From: Barthelona sp. PCE
Taxonomy: Eukaryota
NCBI GenBank assembly: GCA_040285745.1
Contig: JAUFOR010000004.1
Location: 1,116,001 to 1,180,000, forward strand
Direction of reading: 5' to 3'
DNA: 64,000 bases
Part shown: piece after piece, positions 61,575 to 64,000 of the stretch
How positions within the stretch are numbered: position 1 is the stretch's first letter
Layout: each line of letters opens with the position of its first letter
Notes under the pieces: model-generated
What the model saw: only the letters and a program-made list of their open reading frames with translations
What the model was told of the DNA's origin: nothing
Databases searched by the model: none
Made by a program: the position numbers and the translations under genes

Positions 61575-64000
61575 TTATTGATCATTTGGTGTGAAGAAAT
61601 CAAAATCAATCTGTGGAGTTTCTACTTTAGGGCTTGCTAACAGACCTTGTTCTCTAAATCTCTCAATTAATGACATTCTACGAAGCCTTGCTGCATTAGC
61701 AATCATTTTAAATGATCTTTTAACCTTATTCCAACCTCTCTTTGCGATTAAAGCATTCAATTCATCAATATTCGGAAGATCAGGCCACTCTGCGTCTTGA
61801 TTCAACATTGCTATTTTTTCTGGGGTTGATGTGGGTTTAAATAATGCAATATTACCATCAGGAAATGATAATACTAATAAACCTATACTTGATTCAATTA
61901 ACTGTACAGTATGGACTAACCCTACTTTTTGACGAGAAATCTCTTTCACAATAACTATATCATCAATAGTACGTTCACTGTTAACACCACTAAACTTAAA
62001 TCTCTGATCAGAGCTACCTAAATCGAATACTATTAGCTCTCCATCAGCAGTAGTGACAAAAAGCAATGTCTCCTTATTATTAATAGTCATGTGAATAATA
62101 GAAGAATTAATCTTAACTAACAAATGTGCATTTGGTTTCTCTGAATAAACATCTACACCTAAAATAACACTTCTTTGATCCTCTGGTTCCAACGATACCA
62201 GCAAAGAATCCATTCTACGCATGTGACATGAAGCAGTAACATTAGGATATGGTGAAATTCCTAATCCAATGCAAGGAATTTCAAAAGATAATCGAGGAGC
62301 GTTTAAATGAATTTGCCAGATAACAATAATACCCTCTTCACTTGATATTGTAGCAAAGTCATCATGATAACTATCCTTAATTATACAACAACTGTCAATA
62401 TCGTGTTTATGTGCCATAAGAACCTGAACTGGATTTGCCTGCTGTCCTAGCCTTGGTAGATGCGGGATTTCAGCAATAAGACCATGCCAACCTGTTGCGA
62501 CACATGCAAAGTTGGGATTATCCTCAAGAATAGTAAGTTTGGTGATCTCAGTACCTAATTCAGGGAATGTAAATACTTGCTGACCACTGTTGAAATTAAA
62601 GAACGAGACAACACCATCAGCAGTGGCAGCGACAATCAACAAACGCCCATTTGGATCGAGTGAAGCCGCTGTAACAATTTGCTGGCCTGGAAGTAAACAT
62701 GAAAATGAGTGCAGGAGCTGACCATCACCCAGTCTCCAAAGAGAACACATGCCTTTCTCATCAACAACAAGAAGATTGTTAAGGAATGCAACATACAATA
62801 AAGCAATAGGCTTGGAAGTGTGCAAAGAGCTCACCTTCTTTTCCTCCACTTGTTTACCAACAGGTGCTGTGACGTGTGGGTGAAGGGACTGACGCAGACG
62901 GAACACTGGTGGTTCAACATCTTGCATTTTGGTAACGACCTGAGACGATTCATTGTTGACTGTCCAAAATCTAATCACATTTCCAGCTGTTGCTAAAATA
63001 CCACGATTACGATCGTATGCAGCGGAAGTAAACGCATCAATGGGTTGGTGAACGAAAGAATCTGAAATTGTTTGACGTTTCCGCCACATTCGCACATCAT
63101 ATACTAAAATTTTCTTATCTGAAGCGATACCAAAAACAGAATAACTCTGATCATGGAAGTAACAATCCAAAAAAGCTGTTTTATGCGATTCAAACGAATG
63201 TACTATATCTTTAGAGTAAGGATCCCAAATTTTCACGGTACGATCTAAACTACTAGTACTAATCAGTTTTAGTGTCCACGATAAATCAACACCGGTCACG
63301 CCGAGATTGTGTGCCTTAAACGATCTCTCCAAGAGCAATCTCTCAGAATCACTGATACAAATACGGCCACTAAGATCACCACTAATAATTCCCAACAGTG
63401 GATGAGTACAGAGAGTGTTTACCCAGTTGCGGCCGTGAACTGCGTTTGTATGTGTGAGCTGTCTGGATTCAACATCGAATAATGAAAGATAACCTGCTGT
63501 ATCACCGTATAAAACTGCATTCGTATTAGAAATGGGTTTCTTAATCAGTTCCATACACAATGGAGTCCTTGGAACACGGTGTTGGCTTGTTATCGTCCAT
63601 GAAGACGTGTTGTAGGTGAGTACTGTTGCGCCCAATGTACCAAAAAATGCAACTTCTGCATCTGGATCATAAACTCCATCAGTAATCCAGCCACCAAGTG
63701 CCTTTGCAGCCGGTTTTCCGTACCTCAGCATCGGGTCGTGTTTTCTCCCATCGTCTTCTGTGCTTTTACGAAGAAGATAATCGACCTGTGGCTTGGACAA
63801 TGATGTGTTCGTCTTGACATCTCTTCGCATAGCTAACTCACGTAACTCCTGTGCTTTATGTAATTCTTTGATTGTGTACGGTTGGTCAGGACGCGCAATG
63901 CGACGAAGATGTTTCGTATATCTCAAAGGTACGCCATTTGTATTTGGCAAGTTAGGTACACCTGCAATTTCTCCCAATGTAGAATCTTTAAATTCCTTAA
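61575..64000 (-). CDS. Large WD40-repeat protein (WDR49/WDR64-like), 5' end outside the window
   Basis: Multiple WD repeats (AHNLGVTGVD..STSSLDRTVKIWDPY, SDKKILVYDVR). Frame is open to the window end. Confidence 0.8.
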   Translation of the reverse strand, partial: KEFKDSTLGEIAGVPNLPNTNGVPLRYTKHLRRIARPDQPYTIKELHKAQELRELAMRRDVKTNTSLSKPQVDYLLRKSTEDDGRKHDPMLRYGKPAAKALGGWITDGVYDPDAEVAFFGTLGATVLTYNTSSWTITSQHRVPRTPLCMELIKKPISNTNAVLYGDTAGYLSLFDVESRQLTHTNAVHGRNWVNTLCTHPLLGIISGDLSGRICISDSERLLLERSFKAHNLGVTGVDLSWTLKLISTSSLDRTVKIWDPYSKDIVHSFESHKTAFLDCYFHDQSYSVFGIASDKKILVYDVRMWRKRQTISDSFVHQPIDAFTSAAYDRNRGILATAGNVIRFWTVNNESSQVVTKMQDVEPPVFRLRQSLHPHVTAPVGKQVEEKKVSSLHTSKPIALLYVAFLNNLLVVDEKGMCSLWRLGDGQLLHSFSCLLPGQQIVTAASLDPNGRLLIVAATADGVVSFFNFNSGQQVFTFPELGTEITKLTILEDNPNFACVATGWHGLIAEIPHLPRLGQQANPVQVLMAHKHDIDSCCIIKDSYHDDFATISSEEGIIVIWQIHLNAPRLSFEIPCIGLGISPYPNVTASCHMRRMDSLLVSLEPEDQRSVILGVDVYSEKPNAHLLVKINSSIIHMTINNKETLLFVTTADGELIVFDLGSSDQRFKFSGVNSERTIDDIVIVKEISRQKVGLVHTVQLIESSIGLLVLSFPDGNIALFKPTSTPEKIAMLNQDAEWPDLPNIDELNALIAKRGWNKVKRSFKMIANAARLRRMSLIERFREQGLLASPKVETPQIDFDFFTPNDQ

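Overview
This is gene-dense, AT-rich, almost intron-free eukaryotic (protist) nuclear DNA. It uses the standard genetic code, and TAA, TAG and TGA all end conserved genes. There are about 40 tightly packed CDSs, often with 0-90 bp spacers or overlapping 3' ends. Recognisable genes: YbaK-type editing protein, EB1-like protein, GDPD, Maf, TMEM151-like, eIF4B-like, PheRS alpha, CARNMT1, DUF789, arrestin-like, RMC1, MPDU1, Yvh1 Zn domain, METTL5, Loa1/Vps66-like, Rpn7, Utp15, Raptor, TBC Rab-GAP, ataxin-2/Pbp1, cyclin Y, U1A/U2B'' and WD40 proteins. The compactness and promoter motifs suggest an anaerobic metamonad-like flagellate, but that is inference only. Top observations: (1) a single 902-aa ORF fusing a complete malate dehydrogenase to a complete malic enzyme, a possible one-protein malate shunt/transhydrogenase; (2) an HscB/Jac1-like co-chaperone lacking the HPD motif; (3) a lineage-specific ~700-aa gene family in which both close copies carry single-nucleotide lesions; (4) a 49-nt GTATGT..TAG intron that restores the ataxin-2 N-terminus; (5) a coiled-coil-GRAM-VOC protein; (6) recurrent CCTTTTCA and TGANGTGGCA upstream motifs. 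No rRNA, tRNA, CRISPR or mobile element could be supported.
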